DNA of 64,000 nucleotides from the human T2T-CHM13v2.0 reference genome, Homo sapiens, in NCBI RefSeq assembly GCF_009914755.1, contig NC_060931.1; one strand, written 5' to 3'. The notes under the pieces are model-generated. The model saw nothing but the letters and a program-made list of their open reading frames with translations. It had not been told where the DNA came from and ran no database searches. Made by a program: the position numbers and the translations under genes. Positions 32,313-48,476 of this stretch are shown here, one piece after another (within the stretch, counting starts at the first letter, position 1; the number at the start of each line of letters is the position of its first letter).

Positions 32313-32718
32313 GTGGGTTTTTCTTAATTCTAAAAACTCAGTTCATCTCCACTGGTTACAGTTCCCTAAAATGAATGATTTCCCCCAAAAGCAATTATTT
32401 CCTCGGTATACACCAAAAAGAGTCCTTTCACAAAGCCCCGCAACGCAGGGCAATCAGACGCCTGCCACTGGTTTGCTGTGGATATTCCGCTTCTGAATGA
32501 AGATGTTACTAAGGCTTCAGCAGGATGAGTCACTGGGTTCCACTGCCCCATCCGCTGGGAAAGGCCTCATTAAACCTGAGCAGCCCAGGACAAATGCCCC
32601 GCACCAGCCACAGAGATGCCTGGCTGGAGACTGCGCTGGTGAGCCGGAAGCAGGCTCTGCTCTTCACCCAGGACCCTTCAAAGAAGGCGGGACCCCGGAG
32701 ACACCTGCCCTTCCCTAC

Positions 32719-32780
32719 CTGATGCTCAGGCCCATGGTCTGGTCCAGTCTCTCCCAGCTTTGCAGCTTGGCCAGCAGCCT
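32719..32780 (-). CDS. MAD1L1: MAD1L1 exon 10 (RLLAKLQSWERLDQTMGLSI); gene continues past the window start via intron 10
   Basis: Acceptor ttttcag|AGG, donor CAG|gtaggg; 62 nt; frame continuous with exon 9. Confidence 0.94.
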
Positions 32781-34388
32781 CTGAAAAGACAACAAAAGCA
32801 CAGACCCTGTCATCACCTGCCACAGGATCATCACATAAGACTGACAATCATGATCACGGTGCTAAGTCCCTGACCTCTCAGGAGAGCCTGCCCTCATCTC
32901 TGAGCTGGGCGCTACATGCTCCAAGTCTGCTTGGAAGTGGCCGGGTTATTATTCCCCAACTGCAGAAGCCACACTGGCGCTTCCTGCCTCACTCCTTCCT
33001 GGCCCCGTAAATTCAAGTGTGAATCCCAGCAAGCTAAAAGCAACGTGTGGCTGTGGAGGGAGAAGGCAGACAGCCTCAGAAAGGATCCTGGGGTTGACTG
33101 TGCCCCAGGGAGCAGCCTCGGGTCCTTGAGCCGTTAGGACTCATCCCTCCCCCATCTTCCAGGGGCTCCTCAGGGAACCAAGCCCTGGAGCAGACAGACT
33201 CAGTCCTGGAGCCAAACTTCCTGCCATCACACAGCAGACCAGGACCAGCAGGCCCTAGGAGAGGAGGGCAGCCACCCTGGAGCATGAGGGAGGGTGAGAC
33301 ACTGCCTACAGGCCAGCCCACCCCTCTGTGTCACATGCCTGTCCCATGCTGAGCCGCATCCCAAAGAGGTGAGTCTCACGGCCCTTCTAGGACGGAAGCA
33401 ATCTGAGGGCAGGGACTCTGTGCCTTTGTTCTGGCCTCGCTTCACCTCCACCCAGTGCCAAGCACCATGCTGTTATCAACGCTCCACTCGGCAAGTCAGT
33501 GAGGTATTCTCACAGCCCCTCCTATGCGCAGGCACGCACTTGACTAGTAACTATATGACAGCCAACGCTACAGAACATTCGCTACGCGCCAGGCACTGCT
33601 CTGAGCACTTTGCATAGACTCATGTGAGCCTCACAGTCCTGACAAGGCAGCCAGCACCACTCCTCCCTGTGCAGACGGGGAGACAGACAGGGAGATGAAG
33701 GAGCTGGCCCAGGGACATGGAGCAGCAAGCACCCAACTACGGAATGTGGCTTGAGAGCCCCAACTCTTCAACCATCAAACAATAAATTACACCGCGGGAG
33801 AGAGAAAAGATGTCGCATGGGAGCTGTCTTTTCAGGCTAAGCTCCTACAGAACCCAGCACCTGAGAGAAGAGTCCCTGCCAGATACCCCCGCTGACAGGG
33901 AGCCACCTCACCGTGGGTCACAGGGCCAAGGCCCCAAAACGACCTTGGCTGTATCACAGCTCTGAAGAGGACAGAGACGCCACGCCACCCAAGGGGACTC
34001 TGGAAGTGGCCAGCTGGACAGCTGGGCAGCTGCAGAGCACTGCAGATGGAGTCTGCCCTCCTGCCAGGCCCCACAACCACCGGAGAAAGGCGGCATAGGT
34101 GTGCCAGGCACAGAGGGGAGTGGCTGTGGCCACAGGGAAGTGGCATGAAGGACAGAGGACCCAGGCAGGGGCCAGAAGGCCTAAATTCTGGTCCAAACTT
34201 GCTGTGCACCGGGCAAGAGAGGGAGCTTCTCTGAACCTCAGTTTCCTCCTCTGCCCGCAACATGACTGCAGGATGTTTTCCAGCACTGACACCTTCCTAC
34301 CAACTGCCGCGGTGAAGACAGAACACCCCCAGCACAGGGCCCTGCCAGCCCTGATCCTCACAGTGCCACACGCATTCTGACTCACCCT

Positions 34389-35250
<862 letters not shown>

Positions 35251-35390
35251 GACCACGATTCTGCCTCCCACCCCATCACAGCAACCTCCATGTTGTAGGT
35301 GAGCAGCTGGTGGGCGTGACCACAATACCGAGGCTCCTCCAGGCAGGGCAGAGGACACCCACAGGAACCGCACACCACACAGGCCCTCAC

Positions 35391-35505
35391 CTCGTTCTCC
35401 AGCTCCAAGCCAACCAGCGTCTCCTGCATCTTCTCCTGGCGCCCCAGCTTCCTCTGCAGCCCTTCCAGCTCTTCCTGGAGCAGCCCGTTGGTCTCTCTCA
35501 TCTCC
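35391..35505 (-). CDS. MAD1L1: MAD1L1 exon 9 ([39 protein letters not shown])
   Basis: Acceptor gccag|G, donor GAG|gtgagg; 115 nt; matches ORF 35214..35501. Confidence 0.96.
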
Positions 35506-35662
35506 CTGGCAGTGCCACAAAGAGTCGCTCAAATAGCCACACACCCTAGGGATAAGGCCAAGAGCCCGGGAGCCCTGCCCCTACAGGGTCTGCACAGTGG
35601 GCTCCATGTGCACAAACCCAGACTCACTCGAGGCGGCTGCCCCATCCCCCGCAACCCCTCAC

Positions 35663-35793
35663 CGCAGGTGCGCGCTCTCCTCCCGCAGCTGCTTCAGCTC
35701 CCGTTCCAGCCTAGGGAGCCGTACCAGCTCAGACTTCATGTTCTTCACAATCGCTGCATCCTGCTCTTGCAGGGACAGCTTCTGCTCCAGATC
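35663..35793 (-). CDS. MAD1L1: MAD1L1 exon 8 ([43 protein letters not shown])
   Basis: Acceptor catcag|GAT, donor GCG|gtgagg; 131 nt. Confidence 0.96.
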
Positions 35794-37467
35794 CTGATGG
35801 AGGCCAGGGACAGAGAAGAAGGGAAAAATGAGCCACGAAGAGACCTGGAGAAAATCACACGCACACGGCTAAGAGAAGGAAGCCGGTCTGCAACGGCTAT
35901 ACACACTGCAGGATCCAACCACAGGACGTTCTGGGAAAGGAAGGGGTTGTCAAGGGCTCAGAAGGAGAGAGGCAGGGATTGACTGGGGGAGCAGAGAGGA
36001 TTTTTAGGCAGTAAAACTTTTCTGTGTGACACTCTAATGGCAAATATAGAACATTTTACATCTGCCCGAACCATACACTGTCCCACTCCAAGAGTGACCC
36101 TCGCATGACCCGTGGACTCTGCGTGACACTGATGTGTCCAGGCAGGTTCATCACCGTCACACGTGCTCCACTCTACCAGGGTAGGCTGTGTGTGTAGGAG
36201 CGGGCGCAGGGGGTACACAGGAGCTTTACCTTCTGCTCATTTTGCTGTGAACCTAAAATTGCTCTAGAAAATACCACCCATTAAAAATTAAAGTCATTGA
36301 GGTCACAAAGTTCCTTCGCTAAACTGCCCCAGGTCCTCAGCAGCCTCCATGCCTCAGGACTCTCCTGTGGGAGGCCTTCCTGGGCTGCACCAGGGGCCTC
36401 GAAGCTGCTTCCAATACTGAGCCTCAGCATCCACTCCAGGGCAGCTCTTCCCAGCGCCGACCTCCCAGCCCTCCGCGTACTGGGAGCTGGCATTCACACT
36501 GCACACTGCCGGGCTGCTGTGCTCACCACCTGCCCTCGGGGAGCTCTCCAGGAGCAAAACTCTGTCTCAAGTCTGGTCCAGGATGGCACTCCATGGTAAA
36601 ACATCCCACCCCTCCCGTGTCAAGCCCACTTCTGCCACTCTAGCAGCACATGTGACAGCTCAGTCTTTCCAATAGTGAGGACAGGCTTTTCCCTACGGTA
36701 CCCAGTCCCCTTGGGACACAGACAGCTGGCATCTGTGAGCAGCAAGTCACTGAACAGGCAGAGTATGAAACCACGACCAAACCAGACGGTCATTCAACAA
36801 ACACTAACAGAGTCCATCGCCCTGCCAGCCAGAAAATCCTGAGAGGTGGACTGAGGGCTGCGAGGGGCCAGGGACCACCACCAGGAGCGGACATGGCAGA
36901 GGCCAGGCTGGGGGTGCCGGGCAGCTCTGCAGCCAGGAAGAGCTGGTGTGAAGCCTGGAGGTGAGGGTGCATAAGGGCTGAGAGGGCACGGCCAGAGCAC
37001 AGGGTCTGGAGGCTGCTCTCCAGGCAACAGGAGGCAGGAGACGGATCTGGAGTCAACGTCTCCCTGGCATGTCCTCCGCAGGGAAATGGCACAGCCTGAG
37101 CTTGAGTCAGATGCCCTGACTGAGACCCAGCTCCAGCTGTGCAACTGTGGGCAGCTTTCTCAACCTCTCTATGCCTGTAGCATCTTCTCACGCTCATCAG
37201 CACTTGACGTCATCACACACACGGACATTTTCTCTTGGTGTTTGTGGTCAGTCTCCCTCCTCTAGAATACACGCTCCCAAGAGCGGAAGCATCTGCCTCA
37301 TTCACCATGGCATCCCTGGTGCCCAGCACAGTGCCCAGCACACAGGGCAGCAGCTAACCTCACAGAAGGACCACGGAGCTCGGCACCAGCGCAGAAAGGC
37401 CGACAGGGGCAGGAGAGTCAAGGCCACCACAGGGATGTCCACAAGGCACTGACAGGGAGTGACTCAC

Positions 37468-37549
37468 CTTAATCTGCTGCTCATGGTCTGCTCTTGCTTC
37501 TTGGCTGGCCTGGAGTTCCTGGATTTTCTGATTGGCTTCCTGGCATTTT
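37468..37549 (-). CDS. MAD1L1: MAD1L1 exon 7 (KKCQEANQKIQELQASQEARADHEQQIK)
   Basis: Acceptor tcaatag|A, donor AAG|gtgagt; 82 nt restores phase 0. Confidence 0.96.
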
Positions 37550-38139
37550 CTATTGAAAGAAAAATACATCACACACAGAAACAGGCATGCGGCAAGGCCA
37601 ACAATTCTCCTCAGCCTGAGACCCGCCCCAGCACAGACCCACATACGTTCATTCCCACCCCAAGGTTCAGGACCTCCCACGGCACAGACCCCCCGCCCCC
37701 CGCCAACACACACTCCACTGCATGGGTACCCCAAGGTCCCAGGCCCCAGCCCCTGTGGGCTGGCTCTCAGGCCTCAGTCTGCTCATTCAGACGGGGTGCG
37801 TAGTGAGCCCAGGCCACCTGCAAGGACCTCTCCAACAGTGGAACCCACAGCTCTCACCTGCCTGCGGCAACCCCCAGCCCTGGTGCAGCTGCGGTAGGGC
37901 CCCACCCAGGAATGACCTCTCCTCTCTACTACGGAACTAGAACTCTCCTAAAACGACATCTGCTGATGGAAGGGTCCAAGTCTGCAGGAGATGCCCACAG
38001 TCTCCTGACCGCACCTCCAGACAAGGCTCTCACGTCTGTGCCTCGGCTCAGCCCTGTGCCTGGACATCCCTTCCCAGCCACGCCCCCTCCACCTCCAAGG
38101 CACATGATGCTGCCCTTTCAACCTAGCCCTCAGCAGGGT

Positions 38140-38575
38140 ACGGCGGCTCAGCCTGGGATCCCAGCACTCTAGGAGGCTGAGGCAGGAGGATCGCTTGAGG
38201 CCAGGAGCTCAAGACCAGCCTGGGTTACAAAGCGAGACCGCCATCTCTACAAAACGTTTTTTAAAATTAGCCAGGTGCAAAACTAATCCCAGCTACTCAG
38301 GAGGCTGAGGCAGGAGAATCACTGAACCCAGGAGGCGGAGGCTGCAGTGAGCCGAGATGGTGCCACTGCACTCCAGCCTGGGTGACACAGCGAGACTCAA
38401 TCTCAAAAAAAAAAAAATTAGCCAGGTGTACTGCACATGCTTGCAGACCCAGTTACTCGGGAGGCTAAGGCAGGAGGATCACTTGAGCCCAGGAGGTTGA
38501 GGCTACAGTGAGCCATGATTACACCATTGCACTCCAGGCTGGACGACAGAGTGAGACCCTGTCTCAAAAAATAAA
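38140..38575 (+). mobile_element. Nested/mosaic Alus
   Basis: Alu left arm followed by two right arms with repeated aaaattagccaggtg. Confidence 0.8.
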
Positions 38576-38837
38576 GTAAAATCTGGCTCTGCAGGAGCCC
38601 TCTCTAAGAAGGAGGGGGAGGAAGTTGCTGCCCCCATTCTGCTCCAGGAACATCAGGACACTTTCTGGGCTCACGGTCCTGGCTCCAGAGGCCTCAGCAT
38701 CTGCCCCTCTTGAGTGTCTGTGAATTAGGACAGCATCTGGGAGTGTATCCACATCCCACCCAGCCACCAAGAGAGAGGTGGGACGCATGCCCCCACACGT
38801 GACCCGACCCCCGACCCCACACCCTGGCCCCGCCCAC

Positions 38838-38962
38838 TTGTGTTGCAGGTCCAGCTGCTCCTGCAGCTCCTGCTTCTCCGACTCCAGGCGCTTCACCCGC
38901 ATCTCCTGGTCCATCACGCTCCACTGCAGTTCCGAGATCCTCCCCTTCAGTGCGTTGATGGT
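38838..38962 (-). CDS. MAD1L1: MAD1L1 exon 6 ([41 protein letters not shown])
   Basis: Acceptor ttttag|ACC, donor CAA|gtggg; 125 nt. Confidence 0.96.
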
Positions 38963-39075
38963 CTAAAAGTAGAGGGGACCAGAGAGCCGCTCAGTGAGTG
39001 GAGCCCGTGCGTGGAAGGAGCCTGCACATGGAGATGAGAAGAGTGGAGAGGCGACACCACCCACGTGCTATAATC

Positions 39076-39230
39076 AGGGCAGGAGGCAGAGGGGCAGAGG
39101 AATAAGGGGGCAGAGGGGCATCGGGCAGAGGGGTAGGGGGGCAGAGCGGTAGGGGGCAGATGGCAAGGGGGCAAGGGGGGCAGAGGGCAGGGGGAAGAGG
39201 AGCAGGGGAGCAGAGGGCCAGGGGGCAGAG
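39076..39230 (+). repeat. Degenerate G-rich repeat (GGGGCAGAG-like units)
   Basis: Many G-tracts separated by cagag/caa spacers. Confidence 0.85.
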
Positions 39231-41506
39231 CCACCTCCTTCTGGAGGATGCAGGTCAGGCAGACGCTCACACGCAGGGCCCACCCTCCTCCTGGTGCTCC
39301 AGAGCAGCACAGCCCAGAGCCTGCCACAAGCCACCCAGGAGCTGACAGAGGAGACCGGGCCCCAGCCAGGGGCCCTGGAAAGGAGGCTTGGTGAGGCGGC
39401 TTCAGAAGCAAAAGCCTCCACCAGCCAAGATGGGCCCGGACTCTCAGGCCTGGCACCTGGCAGTCTCTGTGCCAGTGCCCCACGCTCCCAAAGTCCCATC
39501 AGACATCCACATACCCGCCACACCATCACTTCGGTCTTCCCTCCAACCGTGGCTCCTGTCATCCCTCCCTAGCCACCCCAATGCTACCATGACGGCTGTT
39601 TGCTAGCGACATCGCCCTCACACCACAGCAAGGCACTGGCCAACCAACAGGACAAAGACGGAGGCTGTGCAAGGGGCAGGGCGGTACCTGCTGGGGAGGC
39701 CGTGCGCTTGGAACGGGAGCACGCGGCACGGGCAGGAGCGCCCCTGGGGAGGCGGCCCCTGAGCAAAGCCAGCAGCCCCTCTGGCAGCCTCCAGGACAGC
39801 AGGTCTGCCTGACATCATGGAACCCGCACGCGACAGAACCGCCAGGCTTCCTCCTGACCACTCCCACCAGGCGACCTTCTGAGGACCCTAACCCTCTGGA
39901 AAAGCTCAGAAAACCCCAGGTGTCCTCAGAGAAAGAAAGAGCACGTGGGTCGAGCCAATGTGAAAAGCCGGACAGACCCTGAGAAGCATCACTGTAAGTT
40001 AACACACGGAAACACACGGGCGTGATGTCAGCCCTGGGGACCACGCACCCAGGACAGGACAATGGCAAACTCACACAGCAAACGACCTGGGTGGGCCTGG
40101 CTGGGCGGCACCCTCCGCAAACAAGGAGGCCTCAGCACTCATTTCCCTGTCCCTGAGAACGTGCCCAGCTTAGGGCCTGCTGAAGCCTATCACCGCTGTC
40201 CACCCCACGCCGCTCTGGGAAGGCCCGCATGGGGGCTGCGTGCTCCCCACATGCCCACAATATGTACGGTTTACTTCACCACAACAGTGAAGCATCAACC
40301 TGGGAGTCAACAAAGAAGAAAGGTATTAAAAACATACTAACAATAAACACATCCTCCCAGAGGTCTTCCGAACTCAATTAATACGCACCGTGTGCCAGGG
40401 GCAAGGCCAGATGCAGGGCCGAGCCCACCTGCCCACAGGGTCACCCGTGTTGTAGGGGACGCCGGACAGTTGGCAAGGAAGAGGCGCATAAGATAATTCC
40501 AGAGTAAGGAGCGTGACAATCAGGACCCTGTGACAGGAGAAGGCAGTCAAGGCCTAGTGCGCAGGGAGGGCTTCCCTGAGGAGCTGCCACCTCGGCTTAG
40601 ACATGACAGGCCAAAGCAGCAGCACCTGCAGCGCCACCATCTTCCCCTCACTATGCCCCACCCCACCGGGCACCGCCCTGCGGCTCCTGCAGTCTCCTGC
40701 TCCTCTGCCCCTCATGAAGTGCTCGGCACGACTCACCCTCCCCCATGGAACCACAGGTGCCCGCAGGCAGCGGGGACAGCCCCCGGCCCAACTCCAGCAC
40801 AGCCCAGCACATGGGAACTGGAACCCAGAGCATGGGCAAGGCAAGAGCAGCTTCTCGGGAGCCAATCACGCCTCCTCTCCTGCCAACGTTCCCTCCAGAA
40901 GCAGATAGGGGAACAGCCTGAACACGCCTCCCCAGCACGGCCACAGGAAGGACCCGCGGCCAGTTTCTGGACCCCTCCAGGACCCCCGCTGCACGCCCAC
41001 CCCACCCCTACCACGCCTCCACCCCCACACCAGCAGATTTTCATGTTTCCTCTTGGCACCAGCGATCTTGATCGCCACAGACAAAGGACAGGAGAGGTCA
41101 GAAGATTCCAATTTCCACCAGTGCCCATGTCTGGGCTGTTTCTAAAATGCAAGCAACCTTCACCAGGACTGCAGTTCACACAGGCTCCAGTTCAGAGGCA
41201 ATTATCCGACGCCATCAGATGCCTGTAGACCTTGCAGACAGTCAAAGATATGCAAATCCAGACGTGCCTCCTTAAGCCTCCTGACAAAACAACAGCTATT
41301 TCCAGAAAAGACCACCATCCACGACAGGGAAGGCTACAGGGAAATTGGAGCCCTCAGCCAGGCCTCTGAGCACAACGGCTGCAGAGACCGCCATCGCTAG
41401 GGACCTTATAACCCAGTCCTAGGGGTCTGTCCAAAGTCAACAGAAGCGAGGGCTGAGGGAAGGGCTACCTGTCGCATACATACATGAGCGAACACAAACA
41501 CACTAA

Positions 41507-41885
<379 letters not shown>

Positions 41886-42079
41886 AAAGTCTCAACTTTT
41901 TAACTGAAAACTACAGAATGGAAAATTAATACTTCTACTGATGACAACTATGTACAAAACGCAGCTGCCCGTGTGGGAAGCACAAGTGAAAACACAAGCG
42001 GGCACTGCAGTGGCAAACAAGAGCATGCACTCCCTCTCCTCGGGAAAACAGCTCCCTGCGCAGCAGAGGCCCCGCTCAC

Positions 42080-42259
42080 CTCGCCAGCCTGGGCCAGACT
42101 GTCCTCTTTCTCACGCAGCCTCTTGCTGGCAGCATCCAAGTTCTGCTGACACTGCCTGTTGCGCTCCAGCTGCTCCTGCATCTTCTCCTCCGCCCCGGCC
42201 TCCCGCTCCTGAAGCTGCCGGATGCGCGTCAGGAGCTCCTGGTTGCGGTCGACCTCACG
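42080..42259 (-). CDS. MAD1L1: MAD1L1 exon 5 ([60 protein letters not shown])
   Basis: Acceptor ttaacag|CGT, donor GAG|gtgagc; 180 nt; frame continuous. Confidence 0.97.
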
Positions 42260-44700
42260 CTGTTAAGAGAGCAAGAGTCAGATGCCACGTGCCGCCCACG
42301 GGAGGGTCAGCGGGGAGCCCTCACCCCCACACCTCTCTCAGAACATGCCGAGGCACAAAAAAGAGCCGAGCAGGACCCATGAGCCAAGTCATAGGCAGAA
42401 CCAGGACGGGACCTGGGACCCAGCCCCAGCGTTGGCACCCCCGCTGTGGCACCATGACGGTGAGCACTGTGCGAGGTCAGGGCTCCCAGGAAGGGCACTT
42501 GGCACAGATCACACACACATTTATCACACCGTCTGCTCAGCAGTTGCCTCTGCAGGGAGAGGGGGCATGGGAAATCTAAAATTCAGCATTGACCTTGGGG
42601 AGAAGCTGAGCTTTCATAGCACCAGCAAATCCTGTCTAATTACGCTCTGTCCGGCACTGAAAGGAGCTGGCACTCCCCCAGCGAGCAGACAACAGGGGCA
42701 GAGACAGGCAGCGTGGACAGGAGGCTGTGGGCAGAAGCAGTTTACACTGGGCTCAAATCTGCCACACATGCACCCCCTCTCACACAAACCACAAACCTCC
42801 AGAGCCACCCACCACGACTGGCCTTAGGGAGGCCGCGTGGCTCTCACTGGTTGGGATGGGACATGACCAAGCACCACGCTCAGACCTCCTGACTCTAATG
42901 ACCCGCAGGCCCTCCAGAGTTCACTGCCAGGTACCGGCGTCCCAGGAGGTGAAGGCGGTGAGTCCTGGTGGAGCCCGGCACTCCGGGACCCTCTCACCCT
43001 GCCTTCCTCGGGAAGCACCAAGCACTCCCGGAGCCCCGGGTGGAGTACGAGCTTGTGCTGTCCTCATCCAGGGTACTCCAGCCCAAAACCCAGGAGAGCT
43101 GTGACAGAGGTGGCCGCCTTCTGAGAGAGGCTGACCCGCGCACCTCGGAGGGACTCCAGCCCTTGTGAGCTGCAAGGGCTGCCTCACAACAACCAAGAGA
43201 CCCTTCTGTGATGCAGGACAAGAGCTGGGGTTGGCACGGGGCTCCGCTCAGCACCATCACAGCCAGATGCGGCACCGGGCCTGGAACTGCCAGTCCCAGC
43301 GCAGACAGGGCAGCCAGCAGGTCTTTGGACTTCAGACACTTAAGTCTCGCCCCCTAATAGGTATTTCCAGGTGGAACTCCAAGGAACAATTGGAAAACTA
43401 CTGGTTCTGACTGTTCCTGGGGTCCCATGCAGCTGTGTCTGCGGGCAAGGAAGGACAGTCCTGTTAGAAGGTGGCTGGAGCTCAGCAGGGAGCCCCAGGT
43501 GTAAGCCCAGTCACCTGCATCCTTGGATTTCCCCAAGACAGGGTTCCCGGAGACCCTACAATGACCCCTCCCTCAATCCAACATTTGTGAGCACCCATAA
43601 AATGCCATAAGCTGTGCCACACAATGGAGATCCTGGGCAGAGTCGGGTGGGCCCTGCCCTCAGGGACTCTCGGCCTAGAGGAACTCCAACAGCTGCACAC
43701 TGTCCCTCCTGCCTGACAGCCACAGCCATACCATCAGCATGCTGCCTCCAGACCAATGACCTGGTGGCTCCTCTCCACCCCTAACAAGGGAATCTCAGTA
43801 GTTAGGGAGACTCCTGTGGACTCTCCCTCCCCTTCCCACCAATTCCTCCAGTACTGTCCCTCCTAGGACCCACCCAGGCCATGAGCAAACGCCCCACCTC
43901 TCAGGGAAAACAGCTCTCAAAGCAGCAACGGAGCCAACCCTGAGGCAGTGGCCCCCACCCCAGCGGTGCCTCAGTCTCACTGAGCCCACACAACGCACAC
44001 CGCAGTCAGGATCTGCAGGCCAGGGGCAAGCAATCCAACCAGCATCACACCCCGGAAGACGTGAGCTATTTTTCTAGGGCCCAGGAGAGTGTGTGAATAC
44101 ACCGCATGATGTCAGGGCGGGGCTGGACATCCACCCGCCAAGAGAGGGCACGGAGGCCAGGGAGACTTTCCGCCCAATACTCTGCCTGAACCTTGGCAGC
44201 ATTTCCACAACTGATCAGCACTGACTGAAACCCTGGCAAAGTGCTGTTAATCAGAGCAGAGGGGATCCGCGCACTCAGTGGAAACCTAATTCCCTCCCCA
44301 AGGACAGGGTGTTTTCCCTGCTGCCCTGGGGAGCCAGGAGCAACACAGAGCCGCCATTGAGACCGGCACCCTTTGCTAGGGCCCTCCAACCCCAAGACCC
44401 AGCATGGACCCGAGACCCTGATCCACCCCATGACCTCCTAAGCCTGTCACTCCTACACCACTTGGCATTTCTGCCAGACCTGCATTCCAATTCTTCCAGA
44501 GGGAAGAGGAAACCAGGAGACCCAGCAAAAGAATCTGTGCCAGCACCGCAGCCTCAATGAACAGACACAGCAAGTGTTCCCATTTCATGCCACCCTCCTC
44601 TAGGACATCAAGCATAACTGATACCTGCCCCACAGCATGAGTGGCCTCAGAAGGAATGTCCTGGCAACCATGACACAGGGCGTGTCAGGCTTCCAGCCAG

Positions 44701-45266
<566 letters not shown>

Positions 45267-45309
45267 TTACCAGCCAACGGCTCCGTGGGTCGGAAGTCCA
45301 GACGTAGGT

Positions 45310-45805
45310 GGCTGCATTCTCTGACCAGGGTCTCCCAGACTAAAAATCAATGCAGTCGGCCAGGACATGTTCTCACGTGGAGCTCAGAGATGGAGAATGA
45401 GGTCTCCTTCCCGACTGGCTGCCAGCCCAGTACAGCCATCAACTCCTAGGTGCTGCCCACATCCCTTGCCACACGGCCCTCTCCATCTCCAAAGTCAACC
45501 ACGTCCAATCTCCCTCATCAAATCCCTCTCCTGCTATGTCTCTTGACTGCTCGGCCTCGGACGTCTGGACTCAGACTTAAAGGGCTCAGGTGAGTACATC
45601 AAGCCCACCAGGGAGTGGATCAAGCCCACCCACGTAATCTCCCTATCTCAAGGTCAACAGATCTTAGACCTTAATTACATCTGCACAATCCCACAGCAAT
45701 GAAACCTACTCAGTATTGGACTGAAACCTGGGAGGCAGTAGGAAGGTGAGTGTGCACAAGGAGCCTGGAATCTGGGGGCCCTCTCAGAAGCCTGCCTACC
45801 ACACA
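45310..45805 (-). mobile_element. Degenerate MLT1-type LTR
   Basis: ggccctctccatctccaaag...aatctccctatctcaaggtcaac...accttaattacatctgcac...ggggccctc...ctgcctaccaca. Confidence 0.6.
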
Positions 45806-45960
45806 GGGTTAGTGATTACAGGTGAGCTGAGCCTCTGGGGGCCCTCTCAGAAGTCTGCCTGCCACACAGGACTAGTGATTACAGGTGAGCTGAGCTCCTG
45901 GGGGCCCTCTCAGAAGTCTGCCTACCACACAGGGCTAGTGATTACAGGTTAGCTGAGCCT
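45772..45960 (+). repeat. 63-bp minisatellite, 3 copies
   Basis: Units begin ctgggggccctctcagaag at 45772, 45835 and 45898. Confidence 0.95.
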
Positions 45961-46002
45961 CAAAGAGCCCCAGAAGACTTGCCAAATAGTTCCAGAGCCG
46001 GC

Positions 46003-46041
46003 CTTTGGGTACGACCTGCTCAGCTGGAGGAAAAGGCAGAG
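46003..46041 (+). repeat. Inverted copy of 44979-45017 (MAD1L1 intron 3/exon 4 junction), 36/39 identity
   Basis: ctttgggtacgacctgctcagctggaggaaaaggcagag (+) versus ctttgggtgcgacctgctcagctggaggaaagagcagag (-). Confidence 0.95.
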
Positions 46042-46131
46042 TCACTGACTCTTCACGTGGCCCAGAGCCTTGCAGTGCAGCATCTCCCGGCACTTAACAA
46101 ATGCAGAGTCGCAGACTACACCCCAGACCTA

Positions 46132-46760
<629 letters not shown>

Positions 46761-46824
46761 TCTTTTTAGACACATTCTCAGGGCGTTCACATGCACATGA
46801 AAGGTTGAGAAGCACCAGAGTAGA

Positions 46825-47048
46825 GTGGTGGTTCCCAGTGGGGTCCAGTTTTGCCCCTGGGAACATCTGGCCCTGTCTGGAGACACCTGATTGTCACAGG
46901 GGGGTGGTCACATGTGTCTGCTGCTGGCTGGCGTCCAGGGGGTAGAGGCCAGGGAAGTTGTTAAACAGCCCACAATGCACAAGAAAGTCCTGAGAAAAAA
47001 GAATTACCCAGCCCAAATGCCAAGCGTGCCAAGGCCAGGAAAGCCTGG
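46825..47048. mobile_element. MER20 DNA transposon
   Basis: ttttgcccc...tgtctggagaca...ggggtagaggccagggaagttgttaaacagcccacaatgcaca...aagaattacccagcccaaatgcca. Confidence 0.75.
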
Positions 47049-47570
47049 GACAGGGGAGGGAAGTTTCTCTGTCCTCCCACCTGTGTTCTCTGGTGGCCCA
47101 AGCCCACACTTCCTTTACTCCTATGTTACTGTGTCTCGATTCTCAGCTGCTGCTGTTTGGGCGTTCCTAAGACTGCCCTTCAAACTCAGCAGCCTTCCTG
47201 GTCTCACTTCTGTGTCTGCAGTCAAGCCTGAGCCTCTCGAGAAGGGTGGGCAGCCCGCCTGCAGGGGGCACGACCGGCAGGGACCAGGAGTCCCAGACAC
47301 ACCTGATCCGTGTGCCACCTCTGCCTGGAGCTGACTACAACGGAAAGAAAGGAACCCTGAAAGTTTACCCTTACGTTAAATCAACACGATGTGTGAGAAA
47401 CCAGACAGCACACATTCCCCCGGCCTGCCATGTTCTCCAGGCCCTCCCTGCCACGCCGGGGGCTCAGCAGGAGAGAGAGAACCACGACGAAGTCCAGGAA
47501 TGGGATGTGACAGGGGCCAGGGACCAAGGCTGGTCTTGCCGCCATCACTCCGCTCACCACCTTGCTCTGA

Positions 47571-48476
<906 letters not shown>

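Noticed and set aside
45772-45960. Regular repeats considered as a CRISPR-like array
   Set aside because: Head-to-tail units with no unique spacers, in a mammalian intron; a minisatellite.
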